This document shows positions 24,513-35,460 of a DNA stretch of 64,000 nucleotides, in pieces; position 1 is the first letter of the stretch, and each line of letters starts with the position of its first letter. Below the pieces are notes generated by a model. That model did no database searches, had not been told where the DNA came from, and worked only from the letters and a program-made list of their open reading frames with translations. This stretch comes from Fistulifera solaris (Eukaryota), in assembly GCA_030295235.1 (NCBI GenBank), contig AP026124.1, positions 1,488,001-1,552,000 of the forward strand, read 5' to 3'. Position numbers and translations under genes: made by a program.

Positions 24513-25316
24513 ATGAAAAGTTTCCTTGCCCTTGTCCTTGCTGCCTCGGCGTTCCTCATCGTTTCGACTTTGGCCGACGAGGACATTGGTCTCTGCTGTC
24601 TATGTGATAACTGCAAGCCTGTTGTTCGTGGTCGTGAATCTCTGAAGGTCGATGACAAGGGAAAGACCTGCAATGATCTTTACATGGAGCTAGCGGACCC
24701 TACGAACGAGTCCAAGATGGGCAACTCCGTGTGTCTCAATCAGATTCATCAGTTCCGTTCTCACTGCTGCGATGCCACGCACATTCCTATTGAAATTGTA
24801 CAAGCTCCGACTCCTGCGCCTAATTTCGGAATGGAACAAGGAACCGAGCCCATCTGCAACATCTGCCGCGATGGTTCTTATCCAACGATTCCCTTTGCCA
24901 AGATTGTGACATTTGATCGCTTCATCAAAGGAGAAAAGACTTGCGATGAACTGTACCGTATGGGACGAACAGGGAACATCCCGGATCAAATCTGCAATCC
25001 ACTGGTGAATTACGCGAAACGGCCCTGTGGATGCACGTCGAATCAAGCCCTTCGTGCTCCGACACCCTCTCCGACAGCCAAGCCAGTCACCAGGCCCTCT
25101 ACGAGCCCTACCAGTGACCCTTCTATGACTCCTTCAAACAACTTGGAACCTTCAACAAGTCCTTCTACTAGACCTTCGCTCGCACCCGCCAAGGCGCCGA
25201 GCGACATCGACGATTCGTGGAAAGAAAGCACTTGGTGGACAATGATCATGAACCGCATGTCCAGATTCTACAACCGCGAACAGCGCCAGTTGAGAGGAAA
25301 GTACGAGCTCAACTAA
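24513..25316 (+). CDS. Secreted Cys-rich protein with a Pro/Ser/Thr-rich stalk (cell-surface or cell-wall candidate)
   Basis: Signal peptide MKSFLALVLAASAFLIVSTLA, two Cys-rich modules (CCLC/CNIC...TC..LY...C...C), PT/PS repeats and a C-terminal RQLR. Confidence 0.75.
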   Translation: MKSFLALVLAASAFLIVSTLADEDIGLCCLCDNCKPVVRGRESLKVDDKGKTCNDLYMELADPTNESKMGNSVCLNQIHQFRSHCCDATHIPIEIVQAPTPAPNFGMEQGTEPICNICRDGSYPTIPFAKIVTFDRFIKGEKTCDELYRMGRTGNIPDQICNPLVNYAKRPCGCTSNQALRAPTPSPTAKPVTRPSTSPTSDPSMTPSNNLEPSTSPSTRPSLAPAKAPSDIDDSWKESTWWTMIMNRMSRFYNREQRQLRGKYELN

Positions 25317-25654
25317 GGTTTTTATTTGTACGGTCAACGAAGGCAATACAACTTACGGAGTAGTTTTTAAAACACGGAGTAAATAACATCGACATTTCCT
25401 TGACCGGTTGACCGCTATAGTCGTTTGTTCGCGATGTCGTAACGAAACTGAAGTAACACCACCTGTTTTGATCATGGTGTACGATCCGAACCCCGAATTC
25501 ATTTGTTCTTTTCAGCCCAGAGTATAAACATCTTAAAAAGATCCCACCACTTTAACGATCAGACGAGCTTGACACGGCGGAAGGCGTTGTCAAAAATCTT
25601 TCACGTTGGTTTCATAAAAAAAATTGTTCTTCGTCTTCTTTGAAATACTTTTCA

Positions 25655-26205
25655 ATGCGTATTCTTTCTCTTGCTCCGTTCTTTGCCCTTGTTGCTTCAA
25701 GTTATGGCTTCACGACGGCGCCTCCGATGCGTTCGGTAAGTTGTTGCTCATCATCTGTGCCGTTCGTTTTGGTCTTGCGAGAAAACTTTTCTAACTTCCG
25801 ACATACTAGGCTGCTACTCGCTTGTCGCTCATGACTCAAAGTGAGAGTGATGCTTTGATCGCAAAAGTGAATGACTGTGCTGAAAGCGAGTGCGGTATTG
25901 ACGATGTCAGTGAGTTGATTTACACCCTTCAGGAACAGCAGAAGGAGCTCAGTGACCGCCTTGAGCAGGTGCGCAAAATGATTCACGTTTTGGACCACAT
26001 AAACGGATCAGACGACCGAAAGGTCGACGAAGTTCGTGAAACAGTTCGGGCCATTTTCCGTATCTTTCAAATGGGAGATAAGGCCAGTGGCAACAATTAC
26101 CCGTCGTTGAGCAAGCCCGTCGGATGGAGTGGAGAAGTTGGCAATGGACCGACCACAGCATATGATGCCCTCCCTCCTAAACGCATCTCGAAGAAACAGC
26201 CTTAG
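25655..26205 (+). CDS. Small plastid-targeted protein of unknown function, paralog A; intron 25736-25809
   Basis: Signal peptide ends SYG-F. Splicing gives AATRLSLMTQ...CAESECGIDDV...GPTTAYDALPPK. Confidence 0.75.
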
Positions 26206-26517
26206 AATCAAAATTATTTAGTACGATTGCTTCTTTTTATTCATACTCGATTAAAGCCCGAGCACTCAAGTATTTCCGCGATAATCTGAATCTTGTCGTC
26301 GGTCGTCGACACAAACACATCCAAATATATCGAACACTCCCTTTGAAAGCACGTGGATTAACACGATTAGAAAAATAAAGGTTAAATAATGAAGAGGATC
26401 AGACTTTGATAAGGGTGAAGGGCGATGGCTCTACTAAACGTTTAAAGTATTGCGATGTGACTGGTCAAGGTGTTGAAGCGAGTGATTCATGTGTGCATGA
26501 AAAAGGAAAGAACGTGC

Positions 26518-27091
26518 CTAAGGGGAAGCCTTCCACTTTTTGGGAGGAAGAGCATCGTAGGCTGTGGTTGGTCCATCGCCAATGTCTCCAGCAAATCCGG
26601 TGGGAAAAGCCATGGGCTTGCTGGTATCAAAGACACGAAGCATGTCTTTGACGAACGCACGGACTTCGTCCGTCTTTCGCTCTTTCTTCGCATTCAAGTG
26701 CTGCAAGTGAGCAACGGCGTTCATGACTGCCTCCAAACGCTCGCTCAAAAGCTTCTCTTGATCCTTTAGTTCAGCTACGAGATCGGCCACTTCGTCAATC
26801 GAGCATTCTCCGGCAGCACACTCATCGGCAGATTGGAGAATCTGGCTCGTTTCTTCGTTACTCAGGAGAATAGAGCGGGCCGTGGAAGAGCACTGAAAGC
26901 GAGAGGGTTCAAAGTAAAGAAAGCAACAGTGAGAACAGATTATAGAGTGGCCTTACTTCGAGATTCAGTTGACAGCTTGTCGTATTCTTTTTATTGACAC
27001 CTACCTTTGGAGTAATCACAAGGCGCACGGCAGGCTGAAAAGCAGCAACCGACGAGAGAATAAAAGACAGAATGGCAAGTCGAGACAACAT
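26518..27091 (-). CDS. Small plastid-targeted protein of unknown function, paralog B; intron about 26894-27005
   Basis: MLSRLAILSFILSSVAA-FQP presequence. The second exon reads CAAGECSIDEVADL...GPTTAYDALPPKKWK. Confidence 0.75.
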
Positions 27092-27718
27092 AATTCTAAG
27101 CTTGAGATGAATTGTAACAAAAGATACTTCTTTCGCCCTCGGTTTTATGATACTAATGCAATTATACGAAATACGAATTACTACGGAGTAGAATCTTTCG
27201 AAGGGAGTTTTCATGATGTTTCGATTTTTGATGTGCGATCGTGATGGCTGCAAAAACAAACACGAAACGAAAAGTAATGTTTGCGTTATTGTACAACATG
27301 ACAGAAACATCTGCTCCCTTATAGAATGCTTCTCTACTTCTCTCAACGAGGAAGTTTCTGACTGTCTACAATTTTGATATATAGTGAATCGGGAATTGCT
27401 GAGACGAGCAGATGGCGTTCGTCATCCAATCTAACACGAAACCCCCTTCGCGCGCGCGAGCGCAGCCCCTCATTTTCGTCTGGGCGCCGTCTGGTGGAGG
27501 CGGACGAAACAAATAAGATCGACGACGAACGACGAAAGGGTGAGAGGTGGAGTTTATTTTGCACATCATTCACTTCTCAAATGCTTGTTGCTTAGCATCC
27601 CACCCCACCAGCTCCTACTTATTGATCTCCTCCTATAAAAACAAGAGGAACCTCAAACTTGTACAGACTTCTGACGCTCAGCATATAAACTTTCTTTTGT
27701 CGGTATTGAATACGCATC

Positions 27719-28792
27719 ATGCTTCGGTTTGTGACTCAGCGAATCGCACGACAACGACTCATCGCTACAGTTCAGCCCTTTTCGATTCAAAGACACATAT
27801 CCACAATAACCACAATCGATAATCATGGAAGTTCTTCAGGATGGCTGGCGATGATGGGGGCAGCTTTGGCAGCTGTATCGGTGCATCAGACGTGGAATAC
27901 TTCTCAATGCGAGGAAATTTCTGCGCCGATAGGAGAATTGGAGGAAGACGACGCGGAAGAAGATGATCCCTATGCTAATCTCCCAGAAGAAGATGAAGAA
28001 ACGGACTGCAGCATGTGCAAAACATTTCGTCAGGGTCCATGTAGACCCTATTGGCGAAAATTAGAGCGGTGTTTCAAGGATCATGAGGGAGAAGAGAATG
28101 GGGCTGTCAGATGTATGCGTTATTTTAAACCCCATCAACAGTGTCTTATGGGATATTCAAATTTCTACCAGCTTGTATCTTTGGAAATGAAACAGGAACT
28201 AGTGAGCGATCTTGAGTTGTCCATTTCCGAGGACGAACGCCGCAAATGGAACCCTAAAATCGATTGGAGCACTTATCTAGAATTCACAAAAGAAACTGGT
28301 CTTTCCTACAAAGAAACTGTGCAGGCAAGAGACACCACCACAAACGAACTACTACCGCTATGGAAACGGTTGCCAGATAACAAAGAGCCCGTCTTACTCA
28401 CAATAACCTCTCAGCTTCCAAAACTCAACCCTGAAACTGGGATGATTCTTAAAGTTGCATATGCAGTGGACCAAGACGGATACGTTCTCGGTTTGACCTA
28501 CAACAAGCAGTACGGAGAGCTTTTAGAAAAGTCAAAAGGTAATACTTCGAAAGTCACTGAGGATGCAAATTTGGAGGAAAACCAGGCGAACCAGTACGAT
28601 CCGTTCGAGTTCGACTTCTTCATTTTGCCTGGAGAGACCAAGTCAGTTCGCGTCTGCGGGTTGTACTCGGAAAATCCTGTTGATGCCGATCCAAATAAAG
28701 AGATCTTGGATGCGCTACTGTTCAAGAGCAAATCTTTTAGTTTGAAAAAAATCGCCAAGTCGTCAATTTCAAAACAAATACGCTCTATCTAG
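27719..28792 (+). CDS. Mitochondrial protein with a GCK/CHCH-like Cys domain
   Basis: Arg-rich presequence, a TM segment and an acidic linker, followed by CSMCKTFRQGPCRPYWRKLERC...CMRYFKPHQQC (CxxC plus twin CX9C). Confidence 0.65.
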   Translation: MLRFVTQRIARQRLIATVQPFSIQRHISTITTIDNHGSSSGWLAMMGAALAAVSVHQTWNTSQCEEISAPIGELEEDDAEEDDPYANLPEEDEETDCSMCKTFRQGPCRPYWRKLERCFKDHEGEENGAVRCMRYFKPHQQCLMGYSNFYQLVSLEMKQELVSDLELSISEDERRKWNPKIDWSTYLEFTKETGLSYKETVQARDTTTNELLPLWKRLPDNKEPVLLTITSQLPKLNPETGMILKVAYAVDQDGYVLGLTYNKQYGELLEKSKGNTSKVTEDANLEENQANQYDPFEFDFFILPGETKSVRVCGLYSENPVDADPNKEILDALLFKSKSFSLKKIAKSSISKQIRSI

Positions 28793-28832
28793 CATGAGCT
28801 TTAACTCCAATATCTCTAACAGCCGTATGAAT

Positions 28833-29702
28833 TTACTCGTCTGGAATAGAAGGTCGAAGTGCCAAGTAGATGGAACTTCCCAGCAAAGGCAACAAGAGTG
28901 TGCTCGCTGCGATGAGTGTACCATCTTTCCCGGTGCGCAGGCGGTAGTCGCGAGCGGTAAGTGCGACAGCCGTAAGATGCAAACAAGTAAGGTCGAGCGA
29001 AGACACGAGTGCGAATTTGCTGCTCGCCAGCAAATCGAGAAATCCTTGCCAAAGCCCAGAGGCATCGGCCTGATAAGCCTCTGGTACATGGGACAAGAAT
29101 GGAATCGCCGCGACGGCAGCTGCAAGAGACAATCCGTTTATTCTATTTTCGGTCACTTTGGCGGTGAACCAGCTCAATTCTGACTGCGTCACAGAATCTC
29201 TTGGTGGTGCACGGAACGAAAAATATGGACCTAAGGCAAAGTACCCAAAAAACGATGACAGAAACAGGAACGGTCCGGCCGGTAGCCCTTTTCCTGGTCG
29301 ACCCTGTGGCAATACCAGTGCAGCCAGGATCATTGGCATGGGAACAAAGAAATTGAAAATCATGTAGAATAGTTCATTGAAGCCGGGGTTGGTAGGATCG
29401 GAGAGAATTCCCTCGATCATTGCTTGATCGGATGCGCTCATTAATCCTTGATCTCCGCTCAAATAGATGACGAGACTCACCAACAAAACCCAAGGAACGG
29501 CGGCGATCGGGTTTAATACCGACGAAGGTGCGTTATCTGCGTCAATTTCCGGAACCACACGAACCTTCAAGCAGAAAGGCTCCACCGGTTGTCTAATAAC
29601 AGGAGAGGAAAGGCTTCTCGGAGCGATCGAACGAAAGGGGGCCATCTGAAAAGCCTGGACGGCGTTTGCCATTAGCAAAGTGAATGCTGCATATGTTTTC
29701 AT
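28833..29702 (-). CDS. Plastid multi-pass membrane protein (DUF2834-like)
   Basis: Presequence ends VQA-F. Contains LPAGPFLFLSSFFGYFALGPYF and LLPLLGSSIYLALRP. The family assignment is from recollection. Confidence 0.6.
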   Translation of the reverse strand: MKTYAAFTLLMANAVQAFQMAPFRSIAPRSLSSPVIRQPVEPFCLKVRVVPEIDADNAPSSVLNPIAAVPWVLLVSLVIYLSGDQGLMSASDQAMIEGILSDPTNPGFNELFYMIFNFFVPMPMILAALVLPQGRPGKGLPAGPFLFLSSFFGYFALGPYFSFRAPPRDSVTQSELSWFTAKVTENRINGLSLAAAVAAIPFLSHVPEAYQADASGLWQGFLDLLASSKFALVSSLDLTCLHLTAVALTARDYRLRTGKDGTLIAASTLLLPLLGSSIYLALRPSIPDE

Positions 29703-29944
29703 CGGCAATATCTCTGGCTATTTCAAACTGTCGACCAATGGTTGACGGTCGGTCATTTATTCAATTTTAAATTGTGAGACTACCAGGTACCAGGTATGAG
29801 TGACGACGAGAGAAATGCGCGGAGAAAAAAAATGAGTCACATCTTTCCTCCACGCGGTGCGGCCCTGCGGCCATTGTATTAGTAGGGCACCGGGTACCGG
29901 GTACCAGAACCGGTACCGGTACCTGATGGAGCGGGTACTTCCGA

Positions 29945-30185
29945 ACTCCGAACGGTACTACCAGGTACGGTTACTCGGGTGTCGGTGCTTGGTGAATGTC
30001 GCAGAGGACGCACGGACAAACTGGACACCGGACCTTCTTATCTTGCTTATCTTGCCTTGCTTGCTTGCTGGCTTACTTTGTAGCTCTTACCGGTAGAACT
30101 CTTAGAGACTCGTGACTCGTTACTCATATATACTGGTATCCTCTTACACGGGACACGACGTTTTGTTGAAAAGCAACCCGCCGCC
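29945..30185 (+). repeat. Dispersed non-coding element, copy upstream of PIG-U
   Basis: Three collinear blocks match the reverse complement of 14300-14445. Confidence 0.75.
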
Positions 30186-30281
30186 CATTTAAAGCATTTA
30201 TGTCACACAAATCGCGCATTCTGATCGACTGACATGCATTGTAAGCAATAGAAACCAAATAGATCGCACTTTTGTTTTTTC

Positions 30282-31770
30282 ATGTTCGGAGAGACAACGG
30301 CGCAGATGAGTGAGAGGAGTGAGCAAACGTCCTTTCTTCGGTCGCCCTCCACAAGTTGCGCGACAGTATTGCGCTGCTTGTGCGTTTTTGGCTTGCTTTT
30401 ACCATCGGAATGGTTACCATGGATCTACAGTCGGGCTGTACAATCGACGCTCATCGACGATATCTTTACGCTTGGGCATGTTCTTGAAGCCCTCGCAATC
30501 CGACAATTAGTACCCCCGCACAGTTTTGCATCTACCTATGAAGGACACACAATTCATCTCCCTCCCCTTTTACTCGCATTATTCCAGCCTGTTTCACGGC
30601 TTTCAGAGTCACAGCAGCATACAACTGTGGGGTTGTGCTTGATAGTCGTTGATTTGTTGATTGCCTGGACCCTCGAAAGACTGGGGAAATTTGTCGTGCA
30701 GCAGCGCAAGACTGAGTGGGAAGATAAACTGCAAGAACAAGTTCCCGAAGCGATTCAACCGAAACTATCGCATATATTTGAGGTCACGAAGGAGAGCAAC
30801 GCTGTGGTAAACTCGGCGACTATTCCATTACTCATGGCGCAGCTTTATTACTGGAGTCCGATCACGTTGCTGACAAGTAATGTTTTCGTGTGCTATCAAA
30901 ATATCCCAGTTCTTTTTTCATTGATTGGGTTGATCAATGCTAGCCAGGGTTCTCTGATTTGGGGTGCACTAAGCCTTGTGCTTGCTTCGTATATCAATGT
31001 CCATCACGCGCTATTTGTTGTTCCATCCGTCATACTCATTCGAGAGAGAAGGAAAAGTGTTGTGGTTTTCTTAATCAGCTTTCTCTCCTTGGCGTCTGCC
31101 ATGCAGGCGTTGTCACTGTATCTGGTCGGAACTAGCGAGTTTTTACTCATCGCTTACGCATCGCATATATGGACGTTTCAGTTCCAGGGAATAGAGCCGA
31201 GCTTGTCAACACTTTGGTACTTTGGTATGGAAATGTTTGACAGATTTTCAATGTACTTTACTGTGTTGATGGGTGGTGCGCCGTATCTCTTAGTGATACC
31301 TTTATGGATTCGCTTGTATCGCTATCCTGAGGCGATGGTACGTAAATTACTTGCTCGCTTGGTGGATTCAATTTTTTTGGATCAAACTAACCTCATTCCA
31401 GATTGCCCTTTTCTGGTTGTTGGGTACTGTCTTTCGTCCTCCTGCTACTCTTTACAGTTTGAACGTCGCATTCTGTCTTTTGCTGCTCTCTTCAAAATCG
31501 CTAGCTCGGCTCAGAGTGATTCCATCTTTAATTGCTGTAAGCTCTTTTTCTATTCCGGTAGCGTTATACGTCGTGAACACTTGGTTATGGCTTGATACTG
31601 GCTCTGGAGAGGCAAACTTCATGTTTTTTCAATGCTTGGTGTACAACGCATTTGTTGCTATTATTTTTGTTCAGTTTGTCGCTGCGTGTCTACGAAGAGA
31701 TAAAGCTTTGCGGTTAACCGAAAAGCTCAGCTATATGGGCGATGTACCGGAGAAGTCCAAACAGAATTGA
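30282..31770 (+). CDS. PIGU: GPI transamidase subunit PIG-U; intron 31338-31401
   Basis: HLPPLLL, PSLSTLWYFGMEMFDRF and WLDTGSGEANFMFF motifs in a multi-TM protein. Confidence 0.82.
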
Positions 31771-32041
31771 CTTTGTTGACAAATTGGTTGTATATTCAGC
31801 GAGTTCGTATCTCAAAGCACTGCGAGCCAAGTAGGATCCTGACCTGTGTTGTTGAACTACGGGACAATGTGCTCCATGATGAAATTTCGCTGGCGGTCGG
31901 CTTGACCAGCGCCCGACGCCCTACCATCAGTCGATATTCGAATGGGTGCCCATTGCACAAGTTCAGAACTTCTGACATCGTTAGATCTAAAAGATTCATT
32001 GCGGTAGTTCCTCTAAATTCAAAATAGGACAAAACTTAAAG

Positions 32042-34028
32042 CTAAGAGTTAATACTTCCTGACATATCCTTGGTAGGAAACGAAATAGTGGCGTCCCCGT
32101 CTTCGCCAATCGATGACAGAAATGACCGGCGAATGCTTGATCGATGCCCAGCAGGATCCCTAGGCGTGTTGTTGATGTGAGCGCTGTGGTCGACTTCCAC
32201 ATCAAAATCATCCAAGTTTTCCCAGTCTATGCTTAGAGCCGACAGTCCCGACATTGCACGACCAAACGTTCCCTCCGAGGTCATTGACAAGTGCCGTATC
32301 CCGTGCCCAAAAGAAATCCTAGTAATGGAAGGATTTCTCTGTGAGCGGAGTGGCTCTTGATAAGATTGAACGCGAGACTGTTGTTGCCCCGCTCCTATCG
32401 CAGTTGGTAATGTAGATGCTCCTTTGTCTGGTGACGGTGGACTCATGTCGAAATAGTCCATGTGCTGCTCTCCATCGAGCGACTCTTCAAATAGCTGGAA
32501 AGCTTCTCTCGAAAGTTCGGGGACTCCAGCGTCCATGTTTTCGTTCGCATTCGCGTTGGCACCATTGCGACGATGCATGGGACAATTCGCGCATCGGCAA
32601 CTTGGACCACACGTACAGGCCATGCCGTACTTCATACCGCAACCAGCCATGTAATCCTTCACTTGCTCTTCTCTAGTCGAAAATGCATCAAAAATACGCT
32701 TGTTCATTTGTGAATGGCTAATGAAAAACAATTTGTAATCAGATAAAAGGGAAAGATAGAATGATTCCAGTTTCTCGGAATGTTTCTTACCGGGCACAGT
32801 CTTCTCTCACAACACCGTTGTCGGGGCATGTGCAGGGGAGAGTCCAGTCAAATACATCCTCAGAAGCTGTGGCGGCAACGACATCGAAAGCAGTACTTAA
32901 CGCCCCAAGATCCCTGATAGACTTTTTGTCGGCACCTTTCCCCACGATTCCCATTTCTTTCACCTTCGCTGTGTAGCCAACCATTGCCAAGTTCCTAGTA
33001 GCTTCCGAAGCAATACGCTTTGCGTTCGAGGCCTTGTCAATTTTGATGATGATAGAAGACAATGCTTCGTCTGCTGCTGCATCAATAAGTCCATCGATCG
33101 GTGATTTGTTCCCATTGCATCCTTTCAATACAGTTTCAACGATCTTGACACAATGCGCGCAAGTTATACCGTCGATCGACATGGCAATTTGAATATCACC
33201 ATTCGAACTGACAAAGACAACGGGCACAGTATTGGGATCTCCCATGTGATAGCCATTGCTGATCCCTCCGCGATACGCCAGCTGCGTCGACGCTCTGCTT
33301 ACTTGTTCCACAACATTCGGCATGTCAACCTTTCCGGGTATGCACTTGCCTTTCATGTTGATGATGGGCATGGAAGGATCGTGGTAGGTGCTGCTATCCA
33401 AGCTTAGTTGCTGTGCATTGTGCAACCTCTCCAGGGGGGACACATTCAACTGACCCACCAACAATGAATTGTTGGCAGCGTGACATTCCACTCCGCTTTC
33501 TGTGCTCTTACCCGTCTTTCCACGCGACTTGTCCAACTCTTTCATTCGAGTGTACAAGGTCCGCGGTGGTTGCTCTTTGTCGCTCATCACCAAACAATGC
33601 GCTAGCGTGAAGAAGTGCCGGGTGTATCCTTCCACGACACCTTTCATTTTCTCAGTGCCCAGAGCAGCAATCGCAGAGCCAGATTCTCCTTTACGACGAT
33701 GTTGCCACCAGGTACGCAAGGTCGTTAGACCGAGCTGAATCGCTTCGTTGTCCGCATCGGGTCCCAGCCAAGGACTCAAGATTGCCTGAACAAACGGATG
33801 AGCAAGTCCCGCTCGCGGTAGAGGCTCGTACGGATACTCGCGGCGACCGTTTTTCGCGGTTTTCGACTTGCGAGGATCATTATCAATAGGTGTTGTTAAA
33901 GGATCTAGTTCCGCTGCTGCTTTTGTTTCAAGGTCGAGAGGGTCAAGTCCTCCTAGATGAGACCATGCTCGAAATGCGCCCTCAAAAATAGAAGTTCGGT
34001 GTTCAAACTCTCCACGACGTCTCGACAT
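32042..34028 (-). CDS. Heavy-metal-associated (HMA) domain protein with Cys clusters; intron 32718-32790
   Basis: IDGITCAHCVKIVE (HMA), PCTCPD...DC and GCGMKYGMACTCGPSCRCANCPMH. The intron joins the two ORFs in frame (CAR/HSQM). Confidence 0.75.
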
Positions 34029-34790
34029 GATTCGTATTATCAGTTGAAAGAAAGATCTGTCAACGAAACGGCCAAGAAGCGAACGACCTGACCACGACTC
34101 GCTTTTCTTGTTCTGATCTATGAGGATAGAATAACGAGATCTAATGTAGGTGTGTTACACAATTGCGAATCCTTTTTGTGAGTAAGAGAGATCTAGATAA
34201 GTTGGAGCTGTCTGTAGCTTGGTTATCAAAACAACAACCCACTTCCACAAAGGATACGTACAGTACTTGTAGTAAAAAAGCGCGAACAGCAAGCGCAATA
34301 AACACTGCGGACGAGAACGCGGCGCAAGCCGGATGCTGCATGTGCAGACTACGGGCTGCGGACGACATGCCAGCAACAACATCAAACAAAGAAAGGTGCA
34401 AGATGCAACGTGCAAGATGACAGCTCAGACTACTCCCATTCATATAGAAATATTTTCTATCAGCTACGAAGTACTATAACTGAAACATCTTTCTTGGAAC
34501 GTTGTACGTTGTGAAATATTTACTAAGTAATCGAGATCCAGAGTTTCGTTCTTCACGTTTCTGGTAATCTAAAAGATACATAAATGTGTCTCCAATAGGA
34601 CATGATCCGCAATTAAAAGCTCATTACTACAAAGTAAAAAAAATTGAATACTGGTAGAATTCACCATTGAAAATCGAGGCTGAAAAAAAAAGAGGGATGA
34701 AATATTGAACATCGATCGAGGCAGTGCAGCGGATGACTACAGAATCCCATTGCGATCTCATTCACAACAAGCTTGTAGATTGAGGAAACA

Positions 34791-35378
34791 ATGTTGACAG
34801 AAAATATTGAAAAAGGCGTGAGACTTCTGAAGAAACACAATGTCCGAGTAGTTGTGTTCGATATGGATCAAACAGCCATTGCGGCCCACAGTCGCGGAAC
34901 ACTGTTACGATCCAACTTCAAACAGTTCACCTCAAAGGCAACGCCCGCATTTCTTCAACTAGTGTCGGCTTTACATCATGAAGGATCTTTTCACGAAGCA
35001 ATAGCGACGCATTCCGATGAAGCTGAGTTTCAAAATGGTCGGCATGTCGGAAAGGTGCATCCGTTGACACACATAATGGGTTTCGAATGATGCTACTCGA
35101 CTGTTTTTCGTCGGAAGTGGCTCAATCGATCTTGGTCGTCTCCTATAACCCACGAGCGCGTGGAACAATGGAAGATCCCGAGAGCTGTGTCAAGCGATAC
35201 CACATGCGCGAAATCAAAAATCATTTCAAAGCGTCTTCCGAGGAGATGATCTTTTCGATGACACTCTAGAAATTGTGAAGGATTGCATAGAAAACTGTGG
35301 AATAAAGGCTGTACTAGTTGATGCGGATAATGGGTTTCAAATAGAGGACCTGATAAATGCATTTGCCGATGATCAATG
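34791..35378 (+). CDS. HAD-superfamily hydrolase-like protein, split by apparent indels
   Basis: VVVFDMDQT (motif I), IATHSD (motif II) and K.YHM. A DD motif IV appears after a frameshift near 35250. Confidence 0.55.
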
Positions 35379-35460
35379 ACGTTCACTCGAGACTGCCGAC
35401 GTAAGGGGAATGTAAAGATCTACGATAGATAGCATCTTTGCTTTACTGCAATGTCGACAA

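Noticed and set aside
25595..27200. Calling the paralog pair CP12, PyShell or a photosystem subunit
   Set aside because: No AWD.VEE motif or CX8C spacing as in CP12, the sequence looks helical, and I recognise no match to the others.
30035..30080. (CTTG/CTTAT)n low-complexity run
   Set aside because: A simple microsatellite-like expansion within the dispersed element spacer.
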